A stretch of DNA of 64,000 nt, taken from contig OZ024743.1 of NCBI GenBank assembly GCA_964016885.1, forward strand, positions 353,772,001 to 353,836,000. Reading direction: 5' to 3'. The position numbers and the translations under genes were made by a program. Shown here one piece after another: positions 1 through 12,945 of the stretch; positions within the stretch are counted from its first letter, which is position 1; every line of letters begins with the position of its first letter. Under the pieces are notes generated by a model. It had not been told where the DNA came from and did no database searches. It worked only from the letters and a program-made list of their open reading frames with translations. The DNA comes from Eledone cirrhosa. Taxonomy: Eukaryota.

Positions 1-1226
1 CATAAATACTAACAATAAAACTTTAACAGACACCATATATAAAAACCCTTCGGTGGAGACCGAAGGGGAAACTTTTACACACTCTTCGAAGAATCCTAAT
101 CTTAAAATGATTAGGATCTCCATGGACACACATAAACAGTTAAAAGAAAAGTTTCCTAACGACGTAGGTAACCCCTGCGTCAAACTCTATAACCGCGTCC
201 TTTTGAAATGACCAATATAAGAGTTGGATGTGTGAATGTACGCGGCCTGGGGATGCCCTGGAAACAGGGCAAACTCTTAAACGACCTCAGGTCGCACAGT
301 ATGGATGTAGTAGCCATTTGCGAGTCCAGGATCCACAGCGAGCGACAACTGGCCCCCCCATCTTCGACGACTTTGAGATCTACGCATCTCTCTGTCAGCC
401 GGGAGGTGGGGGTGGGTTGCGGTTTTGCTCGATAGGTTTTAGTAAAGAATTAGTGTTAGATAGAAATAAGACCGAAAAGGAACTGGTAGAAGAGGCATTT
501 AGGAGTGGCAACGTAGCCAGCGTGCTAGCGACGAGAACAGCCTTGGACCAGTTCTTCGACGCAAAGCATGAAGGCTGCGTTGTCAGGAGCAAAATAAGTG
601 CTCTGGGAAACGAAGGAGCCAAAGCTGTTAGTTGGACCCGAGTGACGGAGGCGAAAAGTGGCAACAAATCCACGATTCGGTCTTTGAAGGACCAAGACAG
701 ACGCGTGATACGTGAGCCGAAGCAGATGTGCGCGGCCTTTCAGCGGCACTTTGCTCAACTGTTCGGGCATGGCCGCGCGCCAGGAGGGGCTATGAATTTC
801 GGTCCATACCTCGACAGCCTGCCGCGACTCTCGGACAGCGAGGCGAAGTTCTGCGAAAGGCCGATTTCGGCCGCTGAGATAGGAGACGCGCTGAGCCAAT
901 GCGGCAAACGCAAGTCTCAACGGTCGGTCTACCCTACGAATTTTACGTAGCAATGCCGGACTTGTTCTCCGGTCTCCTGGAAGCGGTCTACTACAACTGG
1001 CAGAAGAACGGGAGAGTACTCACTCTTGGTGCTCCTGGAGATGAGGGTTGTACATTTTTTCGGGGTGTGTACAACCCCTGTGTAACGCCTCCACCCTATT
1101 GGGGATTTCAATTGTTATTTGTTATTTTATTAATAGTTTTATTTTCATATACCTGTATGTAAACTCCCCATTTGTATTTGTCCCCTTCTTTTGTGCCATT
1201 GTGGCTAATAAAGACATATCTATTTA
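1..1226 (+). mobile_element. Internally deleted Tx1/L1-clade non-LTR retrotransposon (ORF1 end, APE endonuclease start, tether/RT start, 3' UTR)
   Basis: ORF 208 begins MTNIRVGCVNVRGL...DVVAICESRI (APE N-terminus). ORF 228/899 has RPISAAEIGDAL...KS..GLPYEFY (L1/Tx1 pre-RT motif). 3' end ...gtggctaataaagaca. Bases 40-210 resemble 22985-23150. Confidence 0.8.
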
Positions 1227-1629
1227 CACAGCTACCTACACCCGTACCTACCTATTTGTTGTCACTTTCATTATTGTTGTTATTGTTGTTGTTGATGTTG
1301 CTATTACAATTATTGTGGTTGTTGTGGCTAACATTGTTTGTGTTAATGTTAATATTATTGTTTTAGTTGTTGTTGTGGTTATTATTGTTGTTGCTGTTGT
1401 ATTAGTAGTAGTTGTTATTGCTTATGTTGGTGTTACTACTGTGGATTATGTTGGAGCTGCAGTTATTATTGTTGTAGTTGTCGTTGTTGTTGTTGTTGCT
1501 ATTGTTGATGCAGTTGTTATTGTTGTTATTGTCGTTGTCGTCAAATGAAATCATTCTCCTATTTAAAAAAGAAGAGTCTAAGGAAGGACCTCATGATAGG
1601 AAATACTTCTATTATTAATGTTTCAATAT

Positions 1630-2030
1630 GGCGGTGGATTGACAGTATCGATAGAGAGTCGGACGCCATGCTTTGCAGCATAGAGTTACGGCCCTGTAAG
1701 GTCTCAGTTCAAATCCCGTCGAGGTTTACTTTGCCTTTCATCCTTACGGGGTTGATAAAATAAAGCACCAGTAACGACCCCCTCCCTCCAAATGATTGGG
1801 CCTTGTGCCTATACTAGAAATCATTATTAATGTTTCAGGTAGGTGGTTTGGCAGTATCGGCAGAGGGTCGGACGCCATGCTTTGACGTATAGAGTTACGG
1901 CCCTTGCCATTCTGAGTTCAAATCCTGCCGAGGTTACCTTTGCCTTTCATCCTTATGGGGTCGATAAAATAAAGTACCACTAATACACTAGGTAATTGCT
2001 GGCCTTGTGCCAAAAGCAGAAACAATTATT
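1630..2030 (+). mobile_element. Two tandem tRNA-derived SINEs (Deu/Nin-domain-like family)
   Basis: A-box-like head, B-box gttcaaatcc, central gcctttcatccttacggggtcgataaaataaagtaccag, tail ...tagaaacaattatt. The target attattaatgtttca occurs at 1611, 1823 and 2025. Confidence 0.85.
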
Positions 2031-2044
2031 AATGTTTCAATAAA

Positions 2045-2710
2045 TCTCAAATCAAAGTTTTTTTGGTGGGCTTGGATCAGAGTGCACGCTACATGTGATT
2101 GGAGTTATACTGAAGGAGAAGTTCAAGTATCTCGGGGCCCTTTTCACAAGTGATGGAAGGCATAAAACTGAATTAAACGAAAGAATTGCAGGAGCTGGGG
2201 CAGTAATGCGTCAGTTTCAGCATTCGGTCACCAATAGAAGGGAAGTAGGGGTAAATTCGGTGTTCATGTTTACCTTTACCTATAGTCATGAATCTTGGGT
2301 ACTGGCCGAAAGAATACATTCGCGAATATATGCAACCGAAATGGGGTTCCTCTGAAATGACTTTGGAGTAACGTTACCCAATAGAAAGTGGAGCTCGGAG
2401 ATCAGGGGGTCGCTCCATATAGAACCGGTACTTCTCTTAATTGAGACATCACAGCTCCGATACTACGATCATATGGTTATAATGTCTGAAGAAAGAATCG
2501 CTGGACAGATTTTATGAACAGGGGACCAAAGCGTAGACCTTGACCAACATGGCTGGATAACATTCATGAGCTCGATTGGTATCACTTGGGGGATCAGCCG
2601 AATCAATTGGAGACGGTTGCTTCTAATAAGAAGACGTGCTTGAGGACTCTGTCCCTCACGACCTTCCCAGGAAATGTGGGTGAAGAAGAAGAAGAAGAAG
2701 AAGAAAGAAG
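2045..2710 (+). mobile_element. RTE-clade LINE 3' fragment with (GAA)n tail
   Basis: ORF 2095: KFKYLGALFTSDG...ELNERIAGAGAVMRQ...FTYSHESW...ATEMGFL, typical RTE ORF C-terminal region; ends in gaagaagaa. Confidence 0.8.
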
Positions 2711-2809
2711 ATTTGGATAAATCATACAATATACTACACCTTATCTCCATTCAACCCCAACACTACTCCGCCGCCAAATCAATCCATTCGATCCACGGAA
2801 CAAAACTTT

Positions 2810-2880
<71 letters not shown>

Positions 2881-3147
2881 GCTGCTGCTGCTACTACTAC
2901 TCCATTGTCTCTCGTATTAAACAAATAAGCTATATATAAACAATACCAACACCACCATGACTAGCGCACCAACCACCATCACAGTGACCGCTGGCAATAG
3001 TTTTTCCAAACCACCACCAATACCAACAACAACAACAACAACAACAACAGCAACACCTCCTCCACCGCCACTAGCACCACCATATGACTATCATTAGCAC
3101 TATCGTTATCTAATGTATATTCCTTTATTTAAGATAGTCTGGTATGT

Positions 3148-3206
<59 letters not shown>

Positions 3207-3394
3207 AGAGGATGAGAGAGTGAGAGGAAGGGAGATAGCGGGTAACCACTCTCACCACCAACGACAACATCACCATCGTCAATGCCCTCCCGAGAACCAA
3301 AATCACTATCACCAAAAACAACAGCATCAATAACAAACGAAATGCTACAAATGTTTCCGCAATACCAGCAACAACAACAACTACAACATCAATG

Positions 3395-4005
3395 AGTTCT
3401 AATTTTGGCACAAGGGCAGCAGCTTGAGAGGAAAGGGAGGAAATCGATTACATTGACCCCAGGATTCAACTGGTACTTATTTTATCGACTTCGGAAGGAT
3501 AAATCGCAAAACTGACCTCGGCACGATTTGAAATAATAACTGTTTCTATTTTTGGCACAAGGTCAGCAATTATCCCAGTACATTACTGGTGCTTTATTTT
3601 ATTTGAAATAATAATTGTTTCTACTTTTTGACACAAGGCTAGCAATTATCCCAGTACATTACTGGTACTTTATTTTATCGACCCCGTAAGGATGAAAGGC
3701 AAAGTTAACCTCGGCGGATTTGAACTCAAAACGTAAAGGGCCATAACTCTATGCTGCAAAGCATGGTGTCTGACGCTCTACCGATACTGCCAAAATAATG
3801 ATTTCTTATATAGGCACAAGGTCAGCAATTTCGGGGGAGAGGAAAGTCGATTAAATCGCCCCAGTGCGTGACTGGTACTTTATTTTATCGACCCTGTAAG
3901 CATGAAAGGCAAAGTTAACCTCGGCGGATTTGAACTCAGAACATAAAGGGTCATAACTCTATGCTGCAAAGTATGGCGTCTGACGTTCTACTGATACTGC
4001 CAAAA
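3395..4005 (-). mobile_element. Head-to-tail array of about 4 SINE copies (same Deu/Nin-like family)
   Basis: Repeated ttggcacaagg...ctggtactttattttatcgacccc...aaagttaacctcggcggatttgaactc, separated by aataat. Confidence 0.85.
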
Positions 4006-4339
4006 TAACAATAACAAGAATATTAATAGCAACACCTAAGCAGCCTTCAGCCACCCCATTGGCACCTATCACAGGTCTTTGTATTTCAGTATATTCATAA
4101 TCAATATGTTATTTCGAAATAAGTTTCTCAATGTAAGGTTGGAAATTCCCAATGCAAACACAAGAGAGGGAGAGGGAGAGGGAGGGAGAGACAGAGAAGG
4201 AGAGAGAGAGAGAGGGGGGGGGGGTAACAATGCTGGAGAGCAAGAATGAAAGACCATAACATAAGAAAACAGGGGAGAACAATACACACACACGCTCTCT
4301 GACACACTCTCTCACACACATACACGCATACACACATAT

Positions 4340-4595
4340 AAAGTAAGTAGGATCGAAGTCATTGTTGCAGTATAGACATAAACTTTTGAACGGCGCATCG
4401 CCTGTAACATACATATATATATATAAATATATATACATACATACATACACGAGCAACACACACACATACACCTCTAGCTGTTGAAACGGCAAGAGCTCAG
4501 CCGTTGTGGTCCCGACTCTTTCATATTACCACACTCTACTAACCCAAATATCGAGTACTCCACTGAGTAATGGTCTAACAGATTTTAACTGCTGA
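4340..4595 (+). mobile_element. Diverged copy of the pLTR-like family seen at 5913 and 57815 (3' half of a hammerhead)
   Basis: gctgttGAAAcggc-aagagctca-gccgTT followed by attaccacactctactaacccaaatatcgagtact, similar to 6001-6090. Confidence 0.55.
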
Positions 4596-4610
4596 AATAT
4601 ATATATATAC

Positions 4611-4669
<59 letters not shown>

Positions 4670-4675
<6 letters not shown>

Positions 4676-4835
4676 AAAAAGGAAAAGAATGACTTCACTT
4701 GTAGTTCTAAACAATTTGATTTCATTTTATAATATTATATTATAAAATTAAATCAAATTCTTTAGAACTACAAGTGAAGTCATTCTTTTCCTTTTTTCAA
4801 ATATACCTAACTGTACCAAGGATTTCACACATTTT

Positions 4836-4838
<3 letters not shown>
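4670..4838 (+). repeat. Fold-back (about 65 bp arms) plus 3' tail between (TA)n tracts; probable truncated Penelope-like end
   Basis: tttgaaaaaggaaaagaatgacttcacttgtagttctaaa (4672) is the inverse of tttagaactacaagtgaagtcattcttttccttttttcaaa (4761-4801). Confidence 0.7.
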
Positions 4839-4921
<83 letters not shown>

Positions 4922-4929
<8 letters not shown>

Positions 4930-5870
4930 GTGAGGTTTTTTTTTACAAAATGAAAAATAACCGAGGTGTCCTAAACGAGTGAAAGTATAAAGAAAAAGAG
5001 ATGAAATCGAAAATGCAACAGGAGTCTTATTTTAAAAAAAAATATATATATTTATTTGGTTCCTTTACCGGTTTCGCAGTTCTTCTGCTTTTCAAAAGGT
5101 GAGTTGAGATGGAGGGTCTGTGGTTTTTCTCACATCTGGTTGGTCTCTGAATGTTACTTGTTTTATATGGAAAAAGTGGCTCGAAATGCCAGGTTTTTCG
5201 AGAAGTAATTTGATTGGTTTGTCAATAATTATAATAAATTTCGCGCCAGTTCGCGTTACAATAGTTCTTCAAATAAGAGGGGGGGGGGGTGTCACAGGTT
5301 GTTTTTTCATATATGAAAATCCATTCTGTAGCCCTTTTAGAGAATTTTTTTAGAGAATTTTTTGATAAGTGAAAGATAATGGTCAAGAGAAAGGGATGGG
5401 AGAATTGTTCTGGTTCAGTGAATATGGTTAGTTCGCTGGGGTGTCAGAATTCAGATTTTCTATTGAATAAAGAAAGTAAAGATATGTATGTTTATTTGTG
5501 TGCTTGTGTGTGTGTGTGTTGTGTGTGTGTGTTTGAATTTCTTTACTTTAAAAAAAGGTGGCTCACGAAGGCTTTTTTTAAATAAAGGTGATTTGATTGG
5601 TTATAAATGAAATTTGGCTGTCACGTGAACAAGTTTTCATTACATTTTTGCGCCCTTATTTGGAAAACTATTCTGTAGCCTTTATAGCGAATGTTATGAC
5701 AATGGAAAGATAGTGGTCAAGAGAAATGGGATTGGGAGAATTGTTCTGGTTCAGTGAATATGGTTAGTTCGCTGGGGTGTCAGAGTTCAGATTTTCTATT
5801 GAAGTGAAGGTATGTATGTTTATTTGTGTGCTTGTGTGTGTGTATGTGTGTGTGTGTGTGTTCCACTACT
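4922..5870 (-). mobile_element. Non-coding hammerhead-bearing pLTR-like element, family A, copy 1
   Basis: Near-identical to 54902-55950; internal direct duplication (about 5315-5530 vs 5660-5850); flanked by (TA)n on both sides. Confidence 0.75.
5062..5099 (-). ncRNA. Minimal type I hammerhead ribozyme, U3-A8 core variant
   Basis: Minus strand CCUU UUGAAAA GCAG-AAGAA-CUGC GAAA CCGG UA/AAGG: stems I and II perfect, palindromic stem III ACCGGU, GUA cleavage triplet. Confidence 0.85.
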
Positions 5871-5871
5871 A

Positions 5872-5912
<41 letters not shown>

Positions 5913-5917
<5 letters not shown>

Positions 5918-6121
5918 AACCAGTAAGACCCCGACAGCTGAGCTCAAGCCGTTTCGACGGCTAATTCTGGACTCGAATTAGCCGTCCAGAATTAGCCGTC
6001 GAAACGGCTTGAGCTCAGCTGTCGGGGTCTTACTGGTTCCTATTACCCACTCTACTACCTCAAGTATTGAGTACTTTGGTGCGTTATGGTCCACCTGGTT
6101 CCTTACCACATTTCCTTCGTT
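5913..6121 (+). mobile_element. Fold-back pLTR-like element, family B, with 3' half of a hammerhead
   Basis: Palindrome 5913-6043 (about 60 bp arms). Right arm has gccgtc GAAA cggc-ttgagctca-gctg TC ggggtc. Tail shared with 13876-13960 and 57935-58008; flanked by (TA)n. Confidence 0.75.
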
Positions 6122-6141
6122 ATATATATATATATATATAT

Positions 6142-6460
6142 GAGAGACGTAAAGTAAGAAAATTATAAAATTAACTTACTTACTAAAATTTCACTCTCAA
6201 CTAATTAGTTTCTGAAATGGAATAAATATACATTCCGAAGAAAATATAGAGAATCATTTCGTCGTCAGGGAAGACTATTCTCAGCTAAGTATCCAGGCAA
6301 AGCGTGGACTCTGGAAACTTATTCAAAAATAATTCAGTGGATAGAAAATAGCAAAGCGTGGACTGAATTCCTAGCCATTGAGAAAATCACTGCCTCTGCG
6401 TCAGTGGCAAATTCAAAAAGAATCAATCACGTGACATCGAGGTCAATCAGTGGAAAAAAA
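6142..6460 (-). mobile_element. pLTR-like element, family C (homologue at about 58660-58995, + strand)
   Basis: Inverse homologue of 58660-58995; (TA)n flanks. Confidence 0.7.
6194..6273 (-). ncRNA. Hammerhead motif, family C
   Basis: CUGACGA C GAAAUG...CAUUUC A GAAA CUAAUUAG UU/GAGAG; palindromic stem III ACUAAUUAGU; stem I imperfect. Confidence 0.65.
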
Positions 6461-6688
6461 AAATATATATATATATATATATACAAATTTTAGCACAGCA
6501 TCAACGAAGCTTTTGGTTGCAGCCAAGCTAACGAATGCAGTTTCTGTGTGCAGCTAAGCACTCAATAGGGAATATTACCCTAGAGTTATAACATTACGTT
6601 TAGACTGCCATTGCAAATCAAATACAGCGACCGATAGACGGGCCGCAGTGACCATAGCGACGAAGAAAACCGAACTCAGGAAAATTTG

Positions 6689-6731
<43 letters not shown>

Positions 6732-6829
6732 CATGTATAACGTTGCACACGGATTGACGAAACTGCAGTCGGGATTTTGAAGAAAAAATAGATACATTTT
6801 TGTCTATTATTTCGTCATATTATACATAT

Positions 6830-7817
6830 ATATATATAAAGATTTACATATACATAAAGTCACAGATATATATGTGGCAACCGTTAACGATGTGGCTCAA
6901 TGAAGAATTAATAAATTAAATAATCAGAACAATATATCATAAATCATGTCCTTAGAATAATTATATTAAATATATATACTATTTCCTCTCCCAATTAGCA
7001 TAATTAACCATATAAAAAATCAATTAGACCAGGCTATAAGAATAAGGCTCCTATGAAGAAATATTTGATACATAACCGAAAGCAGCCTCTTCGCGGTTGA
7101 CCACAATAGAGCATTTACCCAACATTTCAACAGCATGTAGAAACTGACCAAATATACCGTCAACCATACACAAATAGGTATAAATTTAAAGTTAGAAGAA
7201 ATGCGTACATACCGTAATTATATCCCTACCATGGTTTCGTTCGTATTTTGAGATATCCTATTAAGGATAAATCACGAGTATCGAACTCATCAGGAGACAA
7301 ACTCAATAGGACAATTAATTTTCCAAAGCGATCCCGCCAGAAATAGATTTAAAAAATGGCTAAGAATCATGACGTGACAGTGGTCAAGTTATAAAGAATG
7401 TGATTAGCTGCTTACGGCAAGTAGGCTGGTTGCTAGAAAGCGCAGCCCAATATCACACAAATTGCATCTCAACCCAATGGGAGATTATTAAATATAAAGA
7501 TTTACATATACATAAAGTCATAGATATATATGTGGCAACCGTTCACGATGTGGCTCAATGAAGAATTAATAAATTAAATAATCAGAGCAATATATCATAA
7601 ATCATGTCCTTAGAATCATTAGATTAAATATATATACTATTTCCTCTCCCAATTAGCATAATTAACCATATAAAAAATCAATTAGACGAGGCTATAAGAA
7701 TAAGGCGCATATGAAGAAATATTTTATATTGATTTTTTTATATGGTTAATTATGCTAATTGGGAGAGGAAATAGTATATATATTTAATATAATGATTCTA
7801 AGGACATGATTTATGAT
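6830..7817 (-). mobile_element. pLTR-like element, family D: tandem partial duplication plus terminal inversion
   Basis: 6833-7068 is repeated at about 7492-7725; 7726-7817 is an inverted copy of part of the same unit. This is the tandem-plus-inverted pLTR layout typical of Penelope-like elements. Confidence 0.75.
7222..7298 (-). ncRNA. Canonical-core type I hammerhead ribozyme
   Basis: GUCUC CUGAUGA GUUCG...CGAAC GAAA CCAUGG UA/GGGAU; palindromic stem III ACCAUGGU. Confidence 0.85.
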
Positions 7818-8501
7818 ATATATATATATATATATATATAATGGTAAAAACGCAGGGGCTTATATTTGTAGTAAGTAAAGTCCTCAGTCCAATCAGCTCA
7901 CGTACAGTTCTGTTCTCACCGCAGCCAAACACAGTTTGAAAATCCGTTCTATGAATACATATATACATAAATACGTACACACACACGCATCCATACTCGA
8001 AATTAGTACTCGTAAAAATGACGAGGCTTATAATAAAAAAGGTATTTGATTTAATAATTCGTTGATTACAACATTCTGTGTAATGATGCTTGGATCCTTG
8101 AATGTTCTTGACCATTGCCGTAATTCATTTTACATTAATAGACATTTTGTTTAATCAGATTACAATGACTTTGTTATACCTATGTATATTTCAATCTTTG
8201 GACTGCTACTGAGTAGATGAATAGACAGTTAAATAGATATATAGATAGATCTTTTTATTATTGTAAGATAGAAACATACATAAATTGCACTGACTATCTA
8301 TATACACACTCTCTCCCCTCTCTCTCTCACACACACAAACACACACACAGACACACACACACACAGACACACACGCACACATGCACATACACTCACAAGC
8401 AGGCACACACATACATAAGCACGCATACATACACACAGACACACACACAAACACACTCACACAGACACACACACTCATGTAAATATATAGATGTATACAT
8501 A

Positions 8502-8650
8502 GGCGAATTGGCAGAGTCGTTAGAACGTTGGATAGAATGCTTTATGGTATTCGTTCCGGCTCTTTGCTCTATGATTTCAAACCCACCGAGGTCAACTTTG
8601 TCTTTCATCCTTTCGGGGTCGATAAAAGGTACCAGTTTAGTACTGGGTTG
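8502..8650 (+). mobile_element. Older subfamily of the Deu/Nin-like SINE
   Basis: ggcgaattggcagagtcgttagaacg...gtctttcatcctttcggggtcgataaaa. Confidence 0.7.
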
Positions 8651-8773
8651 ATTCTTCCTCTCTCTGGAAGAAATCAACTGTACTCAGGCCTGGAGAGGGA
8701 TGGGCTCCGCCAAGCTTTAAATTCCCAAGAAACGTCGTATGTCAATACGGCGCCATGAGTTACGGGACGATAC

Positions 8774-8805
<32 letters not shown>

Positions 8806-8919
8806 GGTCCAGTCATATACTGAGGCTGATTTCCCTCCCATCTATCTCGTCGTCGTTTCTTCCTCCAACAATGGAGAAGGGTTGGGCGAGTGTTTGGCAA
8901 CCTCTTCTCAGACAGTGAG

Positions 8920-9190
8920 CACGTGGTTTAGTAATTAGGATGTTCGACTCGATTACCAGTCCTTGAGCAAGACACTTTATTTCACGCTATTCTCAGTTCA
9001 CTCAGCTGGCAAAAGTACCAGCAAGGACCAGTCCTGTCATTCACTGTGTTATGCTGAATCTCCATGAGAATTGTTTTAAGGGTTCACTTGCCTGTGCAAT
9101 GCTCAGCCACTTGCCCGTTTATTTCACGAGTAAGCTATTCCATTGATCAAACTCGAACACACGTTGTTAAAACCGACGGAGGTCTAATAC
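8920..9190 (+). mobile_element. Degenerate CORE-type tRNA SINE
   Basis: gtggtttagt...gtccttgagcaagacactttatttcac...cagttcactcagctg, shared with 36230-36575. Confidence 0.65.
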
Positions 9191-9529
9191 ACACAACACC
9201 GCATCTAATAATAGAAAACTTGGTATATTACTAGAATCACCCAAGGTCGAACTGACATATAGTAGAGCACAGAAGATAGATAAAAAGGGAGCTGGTGGTA
9301 GAAGTAGTAATGACTTTAATGAATGTAGTAAATGGTTGCGATGGTGACAGCGGTAGAGATACTGTTGTTGTAACAGAACATGTTAGTGTTAGTATTGCAG
9401 TAAGAGGTAGTGTCATGGTTATGGCTACTGGTTATATCTGCAATTACTGGAATTCTTCTTCTTGATGATGGTAGGGTTTAGTAGAAGTGTACTTGAAGAC
9501 ACTGTTGTTGGTGGTTGTGGTGGGTTTGG

Positions 9530-10115
9530 GTAGAAGTTTAGTTGAAGCTACTGTTGTAGTTGTTATTGGTGTTTGGTGCAAGTTTAGTTGAAGCTACTGT
9601 TGTAGTTGTTATTGGTGTTTGATGCAAGTTTAGTTGGAGTTACTGTAGTTGTTGTTGGTGTTTGGTGCAAGTTTAGTTGGAGTTACTGTAGTTGTTGTTG
9701 GTGTTTGGTGCAAGTTTAGTTGGAGCTACTGTAGTTGTTGTTGGTGTTTGGTGCAAGTTTAGTTGGAGCTACTGTAGTTGTTGTTGGTGTTTGGTGCAAG
9801 TTTAGTTGGAGTTACTGTAGTTGTTGTTGGTGTTTGGTGCAAGTTTAGTTGGAGCTACTGTAGTTGTTGTTGGTGTTTGATGCAAGTTTAGTTGGAGCTA
9901 CTGTAGTTGTTGTTGGTGTTTGGTGCAAGTTTAGTTGGAGTTACTGTAGTTGTTGTTGGTGTTTGGTGCAAGTTTAGTTGGAGTTACTGTAGTTGTTGTT
10001 GGTGTTTGATGCAAGTTTAGTTGGAGCTACTGTGGTCGTTGTTGTTGGTGTCTGATGCAAGTTTAGTTGAAGCTACTGTTGTGGTTGTTATTGGTGTCTG
10101 ATGCAAGTTTAGTTG
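9530..10115. repeat. 43-bp minisatellite (about 13 units)
   Basis: Unit tttggtgcaagtttagttggagttactgtagttgttgttggtg starts at 9661, 9704, 9747 and onward. Confidence 0.9.
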
Positions 10116-11419
10116 AGTTTCTGTTGCCGTTGTTGTCAGTGGTGGCGTTTGGTGAAAGTGTAGTTGAGGTTACTGCTGTTGTTGTTGCTGGTTTTGTTGT
10201 TGTTGTTGTTGTTGCTTTTGTTGTTGTTGTTGTTGTTGCTGTTGTTGCTGTTGTAGTTGTTGTTGTTGCTGTTGTTGCTGTTGTTGTTGCTGTTGTTGTT
10301 GTTGCTGTTGTTGTTATAGTTGTTGCTGTTGTTGTTGTTGTTGGAAGTGGTGATTGGTGGATATGTGGTTGAAGTTAGTATTGCTGTTGCTGTTATTGAT
10401 GTTTCGTGGAAATATGATTGAAGTTATTCTTGTGGTTGCTGGTGTTTGTCGGAGGTGTAGTGGGAGTTATTGTTTTGTTGTTGATGTTGTTGTTGGTGAT
10501 GGTGATGGCGTCAGAGTTGTTGGTTTATTTGTTATAGCAACAGCAGCAGTAGTAGCAGCAGCAACAGCAGCAGTAGAAGCAGTAGATGTTATCTTATGGT
10601 GGTGGTTATGCTGGTGTTAAAGCTATAGTTCATACGAGGGTTACTGTTGTTATAGTTATTATCAAGTTGTCATAGTTGTTTTTGTAAGAGTAATTTTAAT
10701 AATAGTGGTAGTAGTAGTTGTTATTGTTGTAGCTGTTGTTGTTGTTGCTGTTGTTATTAGATGCGGTGTTGGTAGTGTTGGTGGCAGTGATTTTGGTGTC
10801 AATAGGGGAATAATGTTGCCAGATCAAGTCGAGTCCAAGAAGTTGATGAGACAGGAACCTGATTTTAGCCTGGAGCCATATTACACGACCAATACGGCAT
10901 CTCTCCAGGGGCTTGCCCATTCATTCCCCCCCCCCCCATCTTTCACTGTATCCACCATCCTCCTCTTTCGTTTCATCCACTCCCTCACTCATCCCCTTCC
11001 TCTCCTTCACACCCTCTCTCAGTTACTTTATCTAATCTGTCTTTCTATATTACCCAACCATAGTCTTCTGTTTCAACGTGTATCTCTGTTTTTACTTTTT
11101 CCTCACATATTTATCTAACATCGAATATCACACGAACATTGTACACGTACACACATGCATAGATATATACATATATACAAACATACATGCATACAAACAC
11201 ACATACATACGTGAGTATGTGTGTATGTGTATGCATGTATATATGTATATATGTATGTATATATATATATATATATATGTAAATATATGTATGTGTTTGT
11301 GTATATAAATATACTTATACATATATCTATGTACACACATATATATATATGTATATAAATATACCTATATATATGTATGTATGTATGCATGTATGTATAC
11401 CTATGTATATATATATATT

Positions 11420-11476
<57 letters not shown>

Positions 11477-12179
11477 ATTGTGTTTGTACACATATTTATG
11501 CATGTATGCCACAATACTCTCTCGCTTTTACTTTCTTTTTATTTGCTTTACACATTTTTATTTCCATTCAGTCATATTTTATCGCTCTTCTTCTTCTTCT
11601 TCTTCTTCTTCTTCTTCTTCTTCTTCTTCTTCTTCTTCTTCTTCTTCTTCTTCTTCTTCTTCTTCTTCTTCTTCTTCTTCTTCTTCACATTATTATTGTT
11701 ATTATTATTCGTTCGTTTGTCGACACGTATTGCACATCGCTCACGCAAGTTTCTTATTGTACAACGTTATATATTGAACGTTTGTTACTGTTTTATAGAT
11801 AAACTAGCCAGGACTTTGAAGAGCTGTTTAGTTTTTCTCCACCTATGGACTTTAGGGCCTAAACCGGGGTTTGTTTAGCAAACACACCTCTCGATTTTTG
11901 TTAAAAAAGAAAGATGGGAGACAAAGAATGTTTGATTGCCGAAAAAAAAATAAAAGCCAGCTATTGGGAACAACAGTCATAGCAATAGCAGTAACAACAA
12001 CAACAACAACAACAAAAACAAAAAGAACAGCAGCAGTGGATATTTGTTGTGAACGCAGAAATGTGTGTGTGTATGCATGCATGCATGCATGTGTGCGCGC
12101 GTGCTTGCATGCGTATGTGTTGTGTGTGTGTGTGTGTGTGCGAGTATGTGTGTGTGTGTGTGTGTCTGCGTATGTGTGA

Positions 12180-12340
12180 ATGAGCTGCCTGTTCTCTCCG
12201 ACTTTTCTACCGTTACTACATTGCTCTCTGATCCGCGAAGCTTTCCGTTCTCATGCCACCTACACCTAGGCTCTCCAGACTCACTTGATCTCTCATTCTA
12301 TCATCATCGATGCTGTGTATATCCCGGCTCCGCATTAACC
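12180..12340 (+). mobile_element. Decayed CR1/L2-type LINE C-terminal fragment
   Basis: Translates (with lesions) to ..SLRLFYRYY...S..LSVLMPP..RLSR.., resembling the SLFYRYY..CS.EL motif. Confidence 0.45.
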
Positions 12341-12448
12341 ATTATGATTCACCCCTATCTACCGCCGCCAACTCTCATACCATCACCGATACTAGCACCT
12401 TCTATAAAGACGTAGCTCGAGCCAACGGGTATAATTTAATCCTATATA

Positions 12449-12603
12449 CTGTATTTCCCGGGGTCGAAGACGCTACTTTTTTCCTAAAATAAACCTAAAA
12501 AAAATATATTATGCGTCCTGGGGGCCGAAGCTTGTTTATAATTTTTTTTTCAAATTAGGGTCTGTACTCGAGGACGGAGCGTCTTCGGCGCCGGGGAATA
12601 CGG
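12449..12603. mobile_element. Tc1/mariner (Tc2/pogo-like) MITE with TA target duplication
   Basis: TIRs ctgtatttcccggggtcgaagacgc / gcgtcttcggcgccggggaatacgg, flanked by TA at 12447 and 12604. Confidence 0.75.
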
Positions 12604-12753
12604 TACATTCTGCCTGAGAGAGAAAAATGGTATGATGGTTATGGCTGGAACATCCTTGATGATAGCTCTGCTCAATCAGGACTGACGGTGGGTTTAACTA
12701 CACGAAACATTGACATTATTTATAGCGTCACCTATAAATAATGTCAATATAAG

Positions 12754-12945
12754 GGCGGTGGATTGGCAGTATCGGTAGAGAGTCGGACACCATGCTTTGA
12801 AGCATAGAGTTACGTCCCTTTATGATCTGAGTTCAAAAACCGCCGAGGTTAACTTTGCCTTTCATTCTTACGGGAGTCGATGAAATAAAGTACCAGTAAT
12901 GTACTGGTTAATTGCTGGCCTTGTGCCTAAAATAGAAACAATTAT
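12754..12945 (+). mobile_element. Full-length Deu/Nin-like SINE with 18-bp TSD
   Basis: TSD attatttatagcgtcacc at 12715-12732 and 12941-12958. Confidence 0.9.

Noticed and set aside
9530-10115. Regular 43-bp repeats as a CRISPR array or coding repeat
   Set aside because: No unique spacers, eukaryotic context, and the unit length is not a multiple of 3.
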